64,000 nt of DNA from Chlorokybus atmophyticus. Lineage: Eukaryota > Plantae > Mesostigma and Chlorokybus algae. Below are positions 12,374 to 24,183 of this stretch, piece by piece; the stretch's first letter is position 1; every line of letters starts with the position of its first letter. The position numbers and the translations under genes are program-made. The stretch spans positions 835,397-899,396 of the forward strand of contig RHPI01002368.1 in NCBI GenBank assembly GCA_009103225.1, read 5' to 3'. The notes below the pieces were generated by a model. It was not told the DNA's origin and made no database searches. It saw only the letters and a list, made by a program, of their open reading frames with translations.

Positions 12374-14360
12374 ATGGCGGCGGCGGTGGCAGCTGCGGCG
12401 TGCTCGGCGACGGCGTCGTGGTCGTCGTCGTCCACGTCGTCAGGGGAATGTGTCAAGTCGGATGGTTGGAGGAAAGGGGAGAGTCTGCGGCCAAAGCTGG
12501 CATTCCCATCCGGCTGGGCCCCATGCACAGCGCCGCCAAGCCACAGGAGCAGGCTCACTGTCTGCTATGAACGGCGAGTGGGTAAGCTTGCTTCAAGCTG
12601 TGTTGGACAGTTGATTATGTTTTAAATCACATACTCGACTGAGGTGGGTTACATTCTCTACTCGTGAATTGTGCTTTCTTGCAAGACTCGCACTAGACTG
12701 GCTGGCTTTGGTGCACAGTTAGGCTTCAGACTTGCAATGTGACCAGCGCTGCTACTTGAATCTTGCTTGAGGCATGTCTATGATGATGTCTTTGTCAGGT
12801 TGACGGTGTCTGAGGTCGCCATACAGCTTCATCGGACATGTTAACAAGCTTTCAAGCATTCCGCAAGTTGCTGAAATTTGAAAATCTTGTTTATTGTCAG
12901 CCTGTAAACGTGTTGTCCAGCTTGTTTACGCTGCTGGTAGGCAAGCGTTCACCCCAAGCGCAATGCATAAGTCAACATTACAAGCATACAGTTGTACATA
13001 GTTATTGAAGATCAGCAAGCTAATCACATATGCTTGCGTTGGGTTGCTTGACACTGAGATGTATTTTCCAACCGTGTTTGCATCTCGCGTTGCAATCTTT
13101 CATGTTGCAGCCAACTGATGTGAGCGTTTAGTAACACAAAGCTTGAGAGTGCTGTCTTTTTGCTGTAGTTTAACACTGCATTTGGTCATGTGCGTTGCAA
13201 TTTGACACATAAACGCAAGTATGTTGTTCAGTCAGTCCCTACATTTTCAAAGCTGTTTTCCCAGATTGATTTACAGGCTTCCTGCTTGGCTGTTTGGAGT
13301 GCAAAAACTTTTGTAGCCACATTTGCAGGCAAAGAAGTAGCAAGCACAGCACATTCAAATAACTTACCTCAATTCTCGTCTGACATTTGTCGTGCTGCAG
13401 ACCAGATGAAGTGGCCAGAGATGCAGCAGGAGCTGAAGAAGAAGAATGTAAGCATGCAATTACCGTGCACAACATGTGCAAACCTGCATGCTCTTGAATT
13501 TGGTTTATGTGGTGTGGGCGCATCTGTGTATGTACATGTATAGTTACGCGTGCTGTTTACTCTCGGCAGGTTCGCTCTGTATCGCCCTCGCAAGCAAGAG
13601 ACTTGCTGGAGTCGTGGGGCTACAAAGTCCTCGATGTGCGCCCAGAGCCAGAGTTTGCAAAGGTATCAACACCATCATGCAAGTTTAGGTCTCAGTTGTT
13701 GTCTGTCACATTCCCAATACTTAATCTCCGGCTGTCAGCCTGGTCACTTGTGCCCATGTGCGTGCGTGCGTGCGTGCATGAGTCTCTTTGAGCATGCGTG
13801 TGCGTGACTGGTTGTTTGCTTACTCACTTCAACAGCAACACACATAGCAACCATCCCACATACCCACATATCTCTGCGTGCGTCTTGGTCCAGTCCTTTC
13901 TTGAACATATCACATCAGCACACAACGAAATCACACCAACCATTGCATACATGTGTGCACTGGCTCACATCTGTGGGTCACAGGTTTGATCAGTAATATC
14001 CTCACTTGTAATTCTTCATGACATTTTGTGTGACTGCAGTTTCGTGCTCACAGGCCAGCCTTTGTGCATGCTTTGCTCACTCACAAAAATCACTTTAAGC
14101 TCGTGGTTTGTATCAATTATGTTGGTGTCTGTGTGTGTGCACAGGGATCTATTGATGGTGCAGTTAATGTGTCGCTCTACCGACCGATATCGGGGTGGTC
14201 GCCATTGGCCACGACACGGCGATTGGGCTTTGCATTCTTCGGGGTCTTCAACGGGACCGAGATTAATCCCAACTTCGTTCAAGGTATCCAAACACAATCC
14301 CATGCATTGGCGGGCATCCTGTGCATTATCAGGCATCTTAGGTGTGTCTTGTAGCGAGCG

Positions 14361-14398
<38 letters not shown>

Positions 14399-15184
14399 CC
14401 TCAACAAAGTGGGTCAACAACGGCGTATTGAGGCTATGTCTCCAGTGCAAAGCTCTTCCTATCTCCAAGGCACTACACATCTAACCGCAGGGGAGATTGC
14501 GAGAATGTGATTATATGATGCTTGCTTTGCATGCAGATGTCAAGGCAGTATACCCTGTGGAGACTCCACTGGTGGTTGTTTGCGGTATGGGCGGATCAAT
14601 GCGCCCGCTTCATGGGATGCGATTCGGCAAGTCCAGTAGGTGAGCTTTTGCTCCACATACAGTTGCATGACTGGCTAGGCTTATACAAAAACGCGCATGC
14701 ACCTTGCATCGGCTGTTATGAGACCCCTGCAGTTGTTGGACTGTATGCGCGTTTATGTGCGAGCACCTGGCATCAGTTTCGTGCCAGGTCCATGCAGTCG
14801 CTCATGTGTATGCATAGAGCCTGTTCTCATGTGTGTATGGCGCAGTTGTTGCCTAATGCTACTTGCATGTGGACATGCGCAAACTTGATGTGGCCCTTGA
14901 GTGTGTCATATTGTTCCAGTCAAGTGCATTGTACATTGAACACAATGTCGACATCAGCTCAAGTTGCAGATGGAATTTCCAGAGTTGTTTCTGTGGTCTT
15001 GTGTGCATCTTGTGCATAGTGTCAATGACCCAAGGGTGTCTTACTGTGTGTCATGCCCAGGTCTTTGATTGCGGCGTACATGCTGGGACTAGAGGGTTAC
15101 AAGACGATTGTGCATTTGGACGGCGGCCTCAAAAACTGGTTCGATGAGGAGAACGCCACTAATAAAGAGGCCGCGGCCGTTTAG
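12374..15184 (+). CDS. STR14: Plastid rhodanese-like domain protein (STR14-like), 6 exons
   Basis: Exons 12374-12581, 13401-13447, 13570-13662, 14145-14283, 14537-14639 and 15061-15184 splice in frame. An Ala/Ser-rich transit peptide is followed by VRSV...VLDVRPE...RRLGFAFFGVFNGTEINPNF...VVCGMGGS...SRSLIAAYML...HLDGGLKNW, matching the Arabidopsis STR14 pattern. Confidence 0.92.
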
Positions 15185-15706
15185 TTTCCCATTGTTAAAT
15201 GAGCATGCTTCGCGCAACTCCAATGTCTGCTATGTGTATGGGTTGGACTATCCTTAGGTTAGGGCAATAGAGCCATCAGCACCAAATGACGACCTCTGTG
15301 AATAACGCACTAATTGACTTACAGACTCTGAGCGAGTTTGATGATGTTTGTCACCGAGTAACTGCAGCATATTTTTGCAAGCCGCGTTGGCTGCAACGGC
15401 GCTACATTCAGCGCATTACATGACACCAGAGATGTATTGCGGCTGCATACCATGTATCGCCTGTTGCTCAAATCTGTCTGCTGTTTGCTGCCACTGCTAC
15501 TTGCTACTTGTTGCCGCGCCCCCTCGCCCCCACCCTGCTCATGCACTTGCCATTGCCTTAATAGTTGCTCTCGCCCATCTGCTAGTTGGCTTGTGTGCAC
15601 AAAAGACCTCATAGGCGTGTGTTCACTTGTGCTTGCTTGTGGGAAGCGTTACATTAACTGAGTCACATACTAGCGCAACTGCCTTGGGCATGCGCTGAGA
15701 GGCTGT

Positions 15707-16075
15707 ATACAGTAAATGTGTATATGCTCATGCATTTGACATGCCAGCAGTGTCATCAGCACATAGCATACAGGCAAAACCAACTATCGTTGACCACCGG
15801 GCTCAGCTAGTACACTACCTCAAACACTAACTGCACTACTGCTAACCCCGTTAGTCATGCAAGCATGCATTGGTGATAGCAATCACCTGCCAACCACCTT
15901 GTAGTCAGTCTTCCGCGCGGTAGGCTGGCATGGGCAACAGCAACAGCAACCAGAATTCCCCGCCCGCCTCCCTTCTGCCTACTGCCGCCGCCAATCTTCC
16001 ACTCGCCAACATCAGTAGCCGCCTCCATTCTACCTGTCACGCTTTGGGATTTCGTCACTCACACGGCCAACGGGG
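15707..16075. repeat. Unclassified dispersed repeat X, copy 1 (about 370 bp)
   Basis: Collinear with 24184-24406 plus 25470-25620 (shared GTATATGCTCATGCATTT..., GACCACCGGGCTCAGCTAG..., CTTCCACTCGCCAAC). A weaker related stretch lies near 50230-50330. Confidence 0.85.
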
Positions 16076-16279
16076 TGCAGCCTAACTACAGCTGCATTAT
16101 CTCTATGCATGCATGGTGCTCCCGGTCAAGCACCCACACCATGCACGGCCCAGCGGCGTATGTCGGCGGTTGGGCAGCGTCAGCCTACCAGTTGCGCCGA
16201 CAATTCACCGCCCCACCCGCCGAGCTTTCGTCAACGCTGACGACTCGGCCGACGTCGGCAACTTCCATTCCACCGCGAC

Positions 16280-16684
16280 TTGAGATCTGCTACGGACGGG
16301 CTGCCACCATCGGCGCCGCACGATCCCGCCTTTTTCGGCATTGGCGTGTGGAAGCGCAAGCTTCCTGCGGACCTGAGCGCGGCCGTTGACGCAGAGACCG
16401 TCGTCCGTTTCAAAGCAACGGCCACTGCAGCTGACGTGGCGCGACTCCACTCGGCAGCAGGTGTCGGCGGGGGGGCGTGGCTGTCGGCCTTGCCGCTGAT
16501 CCCCTCGCTACGACTACCGTACCTGCTGCTTGTCAACGTCCAGCACTGCTGCTTGTGCGGGGTCCCAGGGCCGGTGTCGCACAGCCACGCACAACGCGCT
16601 GCGCGAGGAAGTCTACGGCGTGATGCGTGACACCGGCTTCACACTGAGCAGGGAACAGACGGGCTTCATGCCCATCCTGCCGGG
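16280..16684 (+). mobile_element. CRE-like non-LTR retrotransposon fragment, left part
   Basis: ARLHSAAGVGGGAWLSALPLIPSLRL followed by a degenerate Cys region and THNALREEV...REQTGFMPILPG, the pattern preceding the restriction-like endonuclease in CRE-clade elements. Frameshifted. Confidence 0.7.
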
Positions 16685-19600
16685 TGTAGCGGCGCAATAC
16701 TTATTATCAGTGTCCTTTGTAGCGCCGCATTATCAACATGCTCTTAATAAGCCAGGGAGGCCACGCGCCTCAATAGAATGCACAATAAATATTGCATTAG
16801 CCAATAGCATGCTTTGTTTCTCATAAGCTTATACTAGCTACACGCCCCACTTGTGCCTTATTTTTTAAGTGGGCCCTTTTTATTCCAGTAATTCAGCCTT
16901 GCTTATTATCATCTGCTCGGTGTGGCTTGCTCTATGCATGTAAGATGCCGCCGTTATAGTGAGTGCCGACATTAAATTGGTGGAGACGCGGATTGAGTGC
17001 CTTTCACCACTCACCGCCATTGATTGATTATGACAATGCAGTTATGATGATTTGCAGCGGCCACTGATTATGACAACCGCGGCAGCAGCAGCCAGAGGCG
17101 TATGCACCGTTTTTTGCAGGTCGAAGGACAAGCCTGTGAGAATTCTTTTTAACATCGGCTCCTCAATTTTGTCAGTATCCTCTGCCTTCGCCGCCGAGCT
17201 TGGCTTGCCAGTCACATCTGCCTCACGTATTACAGTACAATTCGGTAACGGCAACATAACCGCTGATTCCTCTACCTCCTGCACAGCAACTCTCCTCATT
17301 GGGGAGGAGTACACACAACGTTAGCGATTCCGTATTTTATTTTTATTTTGCCAACTGAATTGTTTTACGTGGTCGACGGCACCAACTGGCTGAGGGCAAC
17401 AAACTGTAGCGTATCTGCGCATGTACTTCTCTGACGGGACAGTGACGGAGCTGTCACCTTCGACCACTATGTGTGCTGCTGTGGCGATTTCTCAGACACC
17501 GACAGCTCCTCAAGCTGCGGCCACAACTCCATCCGCTCCAACAGCACTTATGCACGATTTTGCCGTGCTGTTTAAGGCGCCAGACCCAAACAATAATACT
17601 GACATTGTACAACACGTTTGACAGGAAGGACGCCTATTATCGTCAGGCAGTACAAGCGCTCACGGCAAGAAAATATTTTGATTGAAGGTCTTGTTAAAGA
17701 TCTACTTGAGGGGGGGTTTATAGTTCCATCCTCTTCAGAGTGGTACAGCCAGGTCTTCCTTGCTGACGTGCCTGATGGCAGCAAACGTTCTCGCATTGAT
17801 TACCGTGCTCTAAGCAATGTGACAGTAAACGACAAGTATTATGTGCCTGGCATAGATGCTATGTTCGACAAGCTGCAACGATACAACGTATTTTTTAAAA
17901 TGGATGTGGCCTTTGGCTTCTGCCAAGTACGCATGCATCCTGACAGCCGCGCCAAGACAGCGTCAGGTCTGTACGAGTGGATGGTAATGCCTTTCGGCCT
18001 GTGCAACGCGCCAGCAACTTTTCAACGGCTCATGCACAGTGTCTTACGTGACCTCCCTTTCGTACTCATCTACCTTAACGACATCCTCGTCTTCTCACAC
18101 AACGAAGAGGAGCACGCTGCTTACCTACGACAAGTGTTTGAGCAGCTCAAAGCGGCAGGCATTGTAATCAAGCCTAAGAAGTGCCTGTTCGCTGTGTCAA
18201 CGTCAAAGTTCCTTGGCTTTATCGTGTCTTAAAAAGGCCTGCGCACTGACCCTGACAAGACAGCCGCCATCAGTGAGTACCCTCAACCTCATGGTGTCAA
18301 GGCAGTACGTCGTTTCCTTGGCATGTGTGCATTCTACGCACGTCTCTGGTTTTACTACTGTGCCAGCACTCTTGCGTGCCCTGGTGTGCAAAGACGTTAC
18401 CTTCGATTAGACAGAGGAGGATCAAGTTGCATTCGTTCAATCGAAGACGGCCCTGGCCTCTGCACCCCTGCTTCACTTCCCTAACTTCACAACAAGCTTT
18501 GAGCTACGCACGGACGCAAGCAACAATGGGCTCGGGCTTGTGTTGCTGCAATAATCTCGCACGCACGATGCGCATGCGCCGTTGTTGTTTGCGTCACGCT
18601 CGTTGATCGCGGCGAAGAAAAATTGCACCACAACGGAGCGCGAGTGTCTCGCGGTGGTGTGGGCATCAACAAGCTTCATCCCTACCTACTTGTGCGGATG
18701 TGCAACTCGAGACCGACCATAGCGCATTGGTGCAACTCTTGCGCACAAAGCAACATAAAGGTCGCATTGCGCGATGGGTGTTGTCGTTGCAAGCTTATAA
18801 CTTCACTATCTTGCACCGTCCGGGAGCATTGTGTGGTGATGTTGACTTGGTATCGTACAAAATTTCACCGCACCGTACCATCCTCAAACAGACGGCTTGG
18901 TGGAGCGTATGAACAGACCGCTCAAGCGGACAATTGCCAAGTGCATAAACGAGTTCCATAACAATTGACACCACATTTTGGGGGCTGTGACCTTTGCATA
19001 CAACACCTCAATCCACGCCTCCACTGGTCACACACCATTTCGCCTGTTGTATGGCTGAGAGGCACAGCTGCCGCCACATGCACAATTGCCATCTTTCGGC
19101 CCCGGCACTGACGGCTCAGCTTGGTGCCGCCAACTCGGGCAGTTGTTGCCTACTGAGGGAGGTAGCGGTTGACAATTTGCGCCAGGCTCGAGAACGCCAA
19201 AAGAAAATCATGATGCCCGCCACAAGACCATGACCTATAACGTGGGGGACCTGGTGCTTGTCAAGACAATGCGCATGACCTCACAGAAGCGCAAGTATGG
19301 GCATGATGGGGTCATTCATCAGACTGCCAAACTCAAGCCAAGATGGACACGTCCTTACGTAATGTTGGAACGCACCCGCCCCAGCACTTACAAGCTTGAG
19401 AAAAGGGACTACACAACAGGTGGGAGGAAGACCACCAACATGCAACATGACGCCTTATTATTCGAGTCGTAGCTCTCCCTTTTTGGAGAGGGTAATGCAG
19501 CGGCGCAATGCTTATTATTGATGTCTTTATTATCGCCGCATTATCAACATGCTCTTTGTGAGCCAGCGAGGCCACGCGCCTTAATGGAATGCACATCATA

Positions 19601-19781
19601 TATTGCATTAGCCAATAGCATGCTTTGTTTTTCATAAGCTTGTACTAGCTACACGCCACACTTGTGCCCTATTCAAGCGGGCCCTTTCTATTCCATTACT
19701 CCAGTCTTGCTTTTTATCACCTGCTTAGTGTGGCTTGCTATATGCATGTGAGATGCCGCTATAATGAGTGCCGACATTACA
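16685..19781 (+). mobile_element. Internally deleted, decayed Ty3/Gypsy LTR retrotransposon (about 3.1 kb)
   Basis: LTRs at 16685-16976 and 19496-19781. 4-bp TSD CGGG. PBS TGGTGGAGACGCGG (tRNA-Ala-type) and PPT GGAGAGGGTAA. Protease relic RILFNIGSS, RT (MPFGLCNAPATFQR, YLNDIL), RNase H (ELRTDAS, ETDHSAL) and an integrase tail (PQTDGLVER, GHTPFRLLYG, WTRPY). Multiple stops and frameshifts. Confidence 0.95.
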
Positions 19782-19785
19782 CGGG

Positions 19786-19960
19786 CGAGACTCGAGGCAC
19801 AAGGGTGGACCTGGTTGAGATACACAGATGTTACTGGATGCTACCGTCACTGCGACGAGCAGCACGTGCGGCGAAATCACCCCGCTACCGACACTTTCCA
19901 TCCCTTGACAGCTGAGAATCAAGGTACCCTTGACAGGGCATTTGACAAAGTCATCAACCT
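19786..19960 (+). mobile_element. CRE-like non-LTR retrotransposon fragment, right part (RLE endonuclease relic)
   Basis: Removing the Gypsy and one TSD restores the frame MPILPG-ETRGTRVDL. It continues with DVT and FHPLTAENQGTLD, a PD-(D/E)xK-like pattern. Confidence 0.7.
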
Positions 19961-20009
19961 GCGTGTGTGTCTATGCTTGCCTCAACTACATGTGCATGCT
20001 AGTCCTTCA

Positions 20010-22811
20010 ACATGCTAGAGCATCCTCAGAAGATTACAATCAGCAGAAAAGTTGTATTCCTTGAAGCCGTGGGAGCACAGAATCTGCAAAAGATCAGTGA
20101 CAGCGATTCATCAGAAGATGAAGGCACTGATGATAATCAACAATAGCCTGAGTTCAGCACAGCAACAACTATTCCATATCTGGTGGACATTGGTTCTAAT
20201 TTAGAAACGGAGCTCAACGCTAAGAAAGTGAGCAGCGCTGCGTGCAGAGATGAGAGGAGTCATCATCAGCAGCAAAACCAATAGCAAGGCAGGGGGCATT
20301 ATCCTGAGCGTATTAAGAAGGGTTCTGTACGTTGCCACAAGGAGTTTGGCTATATGGCAGGCTCAGAATCACTCAGTGTGGAGCCAGCAGCATATGAGCA
20401 AACACTCCAGCGGACTAATGCAGATAGTTGGCATCAGGCGACGAATGAAGAGAGAGCCTCGCTGCATGCCAACGCGCCGTGGGAACTTAAAGTACCACCT
20501 GCAGGGGGCAAGCCTATTCCTGTCAAGTAGCTGTTCCAGGTGAGAAGGGACGGCAATGGCAACATTGAGAGGTATGAAGCCAGATTGGTTGCCAAAGGGT
20601 TTCTGCAACAAGAAGGAGTGGACTTCAATGAGGTGTTTGCACCTGCGGGGAAGTTGGCAACCTTCAGAGCTATGGTGGCAGTTGTGTTAGCAAATAACCT
20701 TGAGTTCCATTGTCACAGCCCACTCGACCATAAAAGACTTGGTGCTTTTATGGTCGATTTGTGGTTATATAATGTGCCTTCTCGTTACATTCCCCGCCAC
20801 AAGAACGCTGACTCCCATCAGCTGGGGAATCATCCCAGGGGTTTGCTAGGGTTGGCCACCGGCCCCAACGGCAAGGATTGGCTGAATTGGGCCCATGCCT
20901 GTCAGCACGCGCATAGCGCGCCGCTGGCGGCCCCACAGGTCGCAATGCGACAGGTAGGTCGCGTCCTGCCGCGCCGACTGAACTGGTAAGTCCGATGCGA
21001 CTGCCTGTAGGCAAGTTGCCTACAAGCCGATGATGGCACTTATGAAGTGACCGTTTACAATGGTATTGGATCAAGAAACAATGACCGCGGAATTCGTGTG
21101 CAAGGCAGGAATCGAACTTGGGTCTCAAGCTCCAATGACCAATGTCACAGTCCACTCGACCACAAAATACTTGGTGCTTTTACGGCCGATTTGTGCTTTC
21201 ATAATGTACCTTCCCGTTACATCCATCACTTGGATGTCAAGACAGCGTTTCCGTACGGGGAGCTGGAGGAGAGAATCTACATTCAGAATCCAAGAGGGTA
21301 TCGGGAGGGGTAACCTGGTACAGCATGCAGATTGGTGAAGGCATTATATGTCTTGAAGCAGGCACCACGGGTGTGGCATGCAAGACTGTGCAAGGAGCTG
21401 CAGAAGCAGAGGTTTACAAGTCTAGCAGATCCAAGCTTGTTTTACCACGAGAGCAAGCATGTATGGCTGTTGGTGTCCGTGGACGACATTCTGATTGCAG
21501 CGTCAGGCCTGTCAAAAGTGTAGCGAGTAAAAACTCAGCTGCAGGCTGTGTTCGAGTGCAGAGACTTGGGCGAGACAACATACTTCCTCAATATGGTTGT
21601 CATTAGAAACAAAGCTGCTGGAATTATCACCATTACGCAAGAGCAACCGGTAAAGCAGCTGGTGACAAAGTTTGGTCTTGACAATGCGAATGTCAGAGAG
21701 GTGCCACGGAGCGTGGGAGTTTAGTAAGTGAGAGCACTGGACAGAGACGAAGAGCTGGATTAGACCAAATATCCCTATTGCGAGCTTGTGGGGAGCCTTC
21801 TTTACCTGTCCATCGCGTCTCGGCCTGCCATTGCACATGTTGTGGGACAGTTGGCAAGGTACATGTCTGCTCCAACAATGCAACATTGGTTGGCGGCCAA
21901 AGGAGTAATGCGCTACTTGTCAAAGACAGCAACAGTTGGCATCCAGTACGGGCGGGGCAACCAGGAGTTGCAAGGCTACTGTGATGCAGATTAAGTTGGT
22001 GACCTAGATACCAGAAGGATAACCACTGGATATGTCGTCAAGCTGAATGGTGGAGTGGTTAGCTGAAACAGCAAGCTGCAACCAACAGTGGCAGCCTCCA
22101 CTACAGAAGCAGAGTACATGGCCTCTGCAGCAGCGGCAAAGGAGGCACTGTGGTTTAGGAAACTGCTAGGAGACCTTGGTCATCCATGTGGACGCGTGGC
22201 GATGTACTGTGACAATTAAAGAGCAAAGCTACTGAAAAATCCCATTCTCACGGCCAGAATCAAGCACATTGACATGCATCATCACTTTATGAGAGACACA
22301 ATGGCGAGGCATGAGATTGAGTTTGTCTATTGTGGCATTGAGATGCTGGCTTCATGACGAAGCCACCGCATGTGAAGAAGTTCAAGGCATGTTGTGAAGG
22401 ATTGGGCATCGGGACAGTAAAGACAAAGAAGACCAAGTTCTGAAGTTTAAGAGCTGGCCAAGCTGCCTGCATGGGAGTGTGGAGAATATAGCATGTTATG
22501 CAGTGCTCTCTACATGTATAGCATATGACACTTGTGTGCAGTTGTCCAGCCAACTTAGCTGGCTATTGTAGCTTATTAAATTGGTACTTGATAAGCTACT
22601 CATAGACTGCAGTTGTATGTATAGGCAATTAGGACTGGTACAGTTGGGTCCGGTCCATGGTAGGACTAGTCTGAGGGCCCATAGCCGACAGGCCGCGGAC
22701 TATTGAGTTAGTTCACTTCTCTGGTCACTTCATTGGCGGTGTAGCTCTGCTCTTACCACTGTGCTGTGTATGCTTGTTGTGCATGGTTGCATGCAGCATC
22801 TCTAGTCAACA
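20010..22811 (+). mobile_element. Decayed Ty1/Copia: integrase tail, RT, RNase H and a putative LTR (22478-22811)
   Basis: ITISRKVVFLE; YEARLVAKGFLQQEGVDFNEVFAP; HLDVKTAF; KALYVLKQAPRVW; LVSVDD; GSLLYL; GYCDAD; STTEAEY; KHIDMHHHF. Many stops. A purine tract ATGGGAG precedes TGTGGA...TCAACA. Confidence 0.92.
20711..21221 (-). mobile_element. TRIM (terminal-repeat retrotransposon in miniature), 511 bp with 79-bp LTRs
   Basis: Direct repeats at 20711-20789 and 21143-21221 (TG...CA; 10 mismatches in 79 by my count). TSD TCCAT at 20706-20710 and 21222-21226. It splits the Copia RT motif EFH|HLDVKTAF. On the minus strand, PBS-like TGGTCATTGGAGC and PPT-like GGCGGGGAA. No coding capacity. Confidence 0.92.
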
Positions 22812-23261
22812 TGCTTGGCAAGCAGCATCGACAGCCCTTTCCACAATCAACACATGTGAGCACGTGGGTGATAAAGCTGGTATATGGATGTCTGTTCCTT
22901 TACCTGTTACTGCCAAGGAAGAGGGGAGCCTCTCCTTCTACACTTTCCTTGACGATTATAGCGAGCTGTTATTGTACCTTTTAGGATGAAGTCCGAAAAT
23001 ACTGTTAAGAAGGTTCTCACGATGCTGGAGACGCAATTGGAACACAAGACAGTCATTCTTTGCACAGACAGAGGAGGCGAGTATGTGATCAACGAGCTCA
23101 AGGCGTATTTTGCAAGCAAAGGCCTGACTCATGAAACCACCGCGCCACATACCCCTCAACAAAATGGAGCTGCAGAGAGGCTCAATGGCACACTCCCGGA
23201 GAAGTGAGAGCCATGCTTACGGACGCTCAACTCAAAGATCACCGGTGGAAAGAAGCATTGC
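22812..23261 (+). mobile_element. Copia integrase core fragment
   Basis: CMLGKQHRQPF; TFLDDYS; ILCTDRGGEY; TAPHTPQQNGAAERLN; WKEAL. Frameshifted. Confidence 0.9.
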
Positions 23262-23700
23262 TAAGGGGTCGCTATGGGTCGATAGACCATGGCTCGCAAG
23301 AGCTTAGGCGCGTAGGCATCCTTCTTCCGCGTGTTTAATGGTAGCAACCTGGAAGCGGCCTCACGCACCACCGCAACGAGTGCATGCGCAGTGGGAGAGG
23401 CCTGGCCTGCCATTGTATGCGCAGTATGTATGGCCGAAAAGGCGTGTTTGTTTCATGTTTCACGGGTGCCGGGATGGTGGAATCCACCAACACCTTGATC
23501 AAAAATAGGGCCACCGTGCCAGGGTCTGCTGGCACGGCAGCCCAACCACGAGGCGTGCAGAACTCCATAAAGCGACGCCAGTAGCCCTCATGGCCCCGCA
23601 AAGTGCTAGTAGCACGTGACGCCGCTGCCACTGCCGGGTACAAGGTGCGCAGGCGCTCAATCTCTTAGTCATCGGGGACGTTGTGCTGTAGCTGCACGCA
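23262..23700 (-). mobile_element. DIRS/PAT-type tyrosine recombinase fragment (N-terminal core-binding part)
   Basis: SRATSTLRGHEGYWRRFMEFC..GWAAVPADPGTVALFL, then in a shifted frame AIHTAHTMAGQASPTAHALV...RKKDAY. This matches YR-retroelement recombinases. The catalytic R-H-R-Y part is absent. Confidence 0.75.
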
Positions 23701-24183
23701 ACTGGCCGCTGCGCCGCCTGCCAAGCTACCTGGCACTTTATCAGCAACGGGTGGCCTGCGCGCTACAGCGGGCGCAAAGCCTCACCGTTCTGGAGCGAGG
23801 AGCGGCGGTGTTGGCCGCCGTGCCAGGCTAGGGGCCCGTTCAGACGTTAGCACCGACCTCAGAGGCGGAAGCTGTACTGGCGAGTGCTGCCAGGTAGTTG
23901 CAATTGCACACGTGCGCGTGTGTTCGTGTGCGCAGTTGTGTGCAGTGGTGCAATGTGGTGGGCATGAAGCAAAGTATGTAGCTCTACTTGAACTCTTGCT
24001 GTTCTAGTAATGAAAGAGACCCGCACCGCATACAAACTCTAACACTGATGACACCAACGACACAATAAGAGCAACCTATGCCGTAGCATATGGGTAGCCA
24101 GGCGCGCACCTCAACGAACGTGGGCTAACCTGGCATGCCTCTGGCATGGAACGGTCCCGCAAGACCTACCAGGGCGTGGCGTG

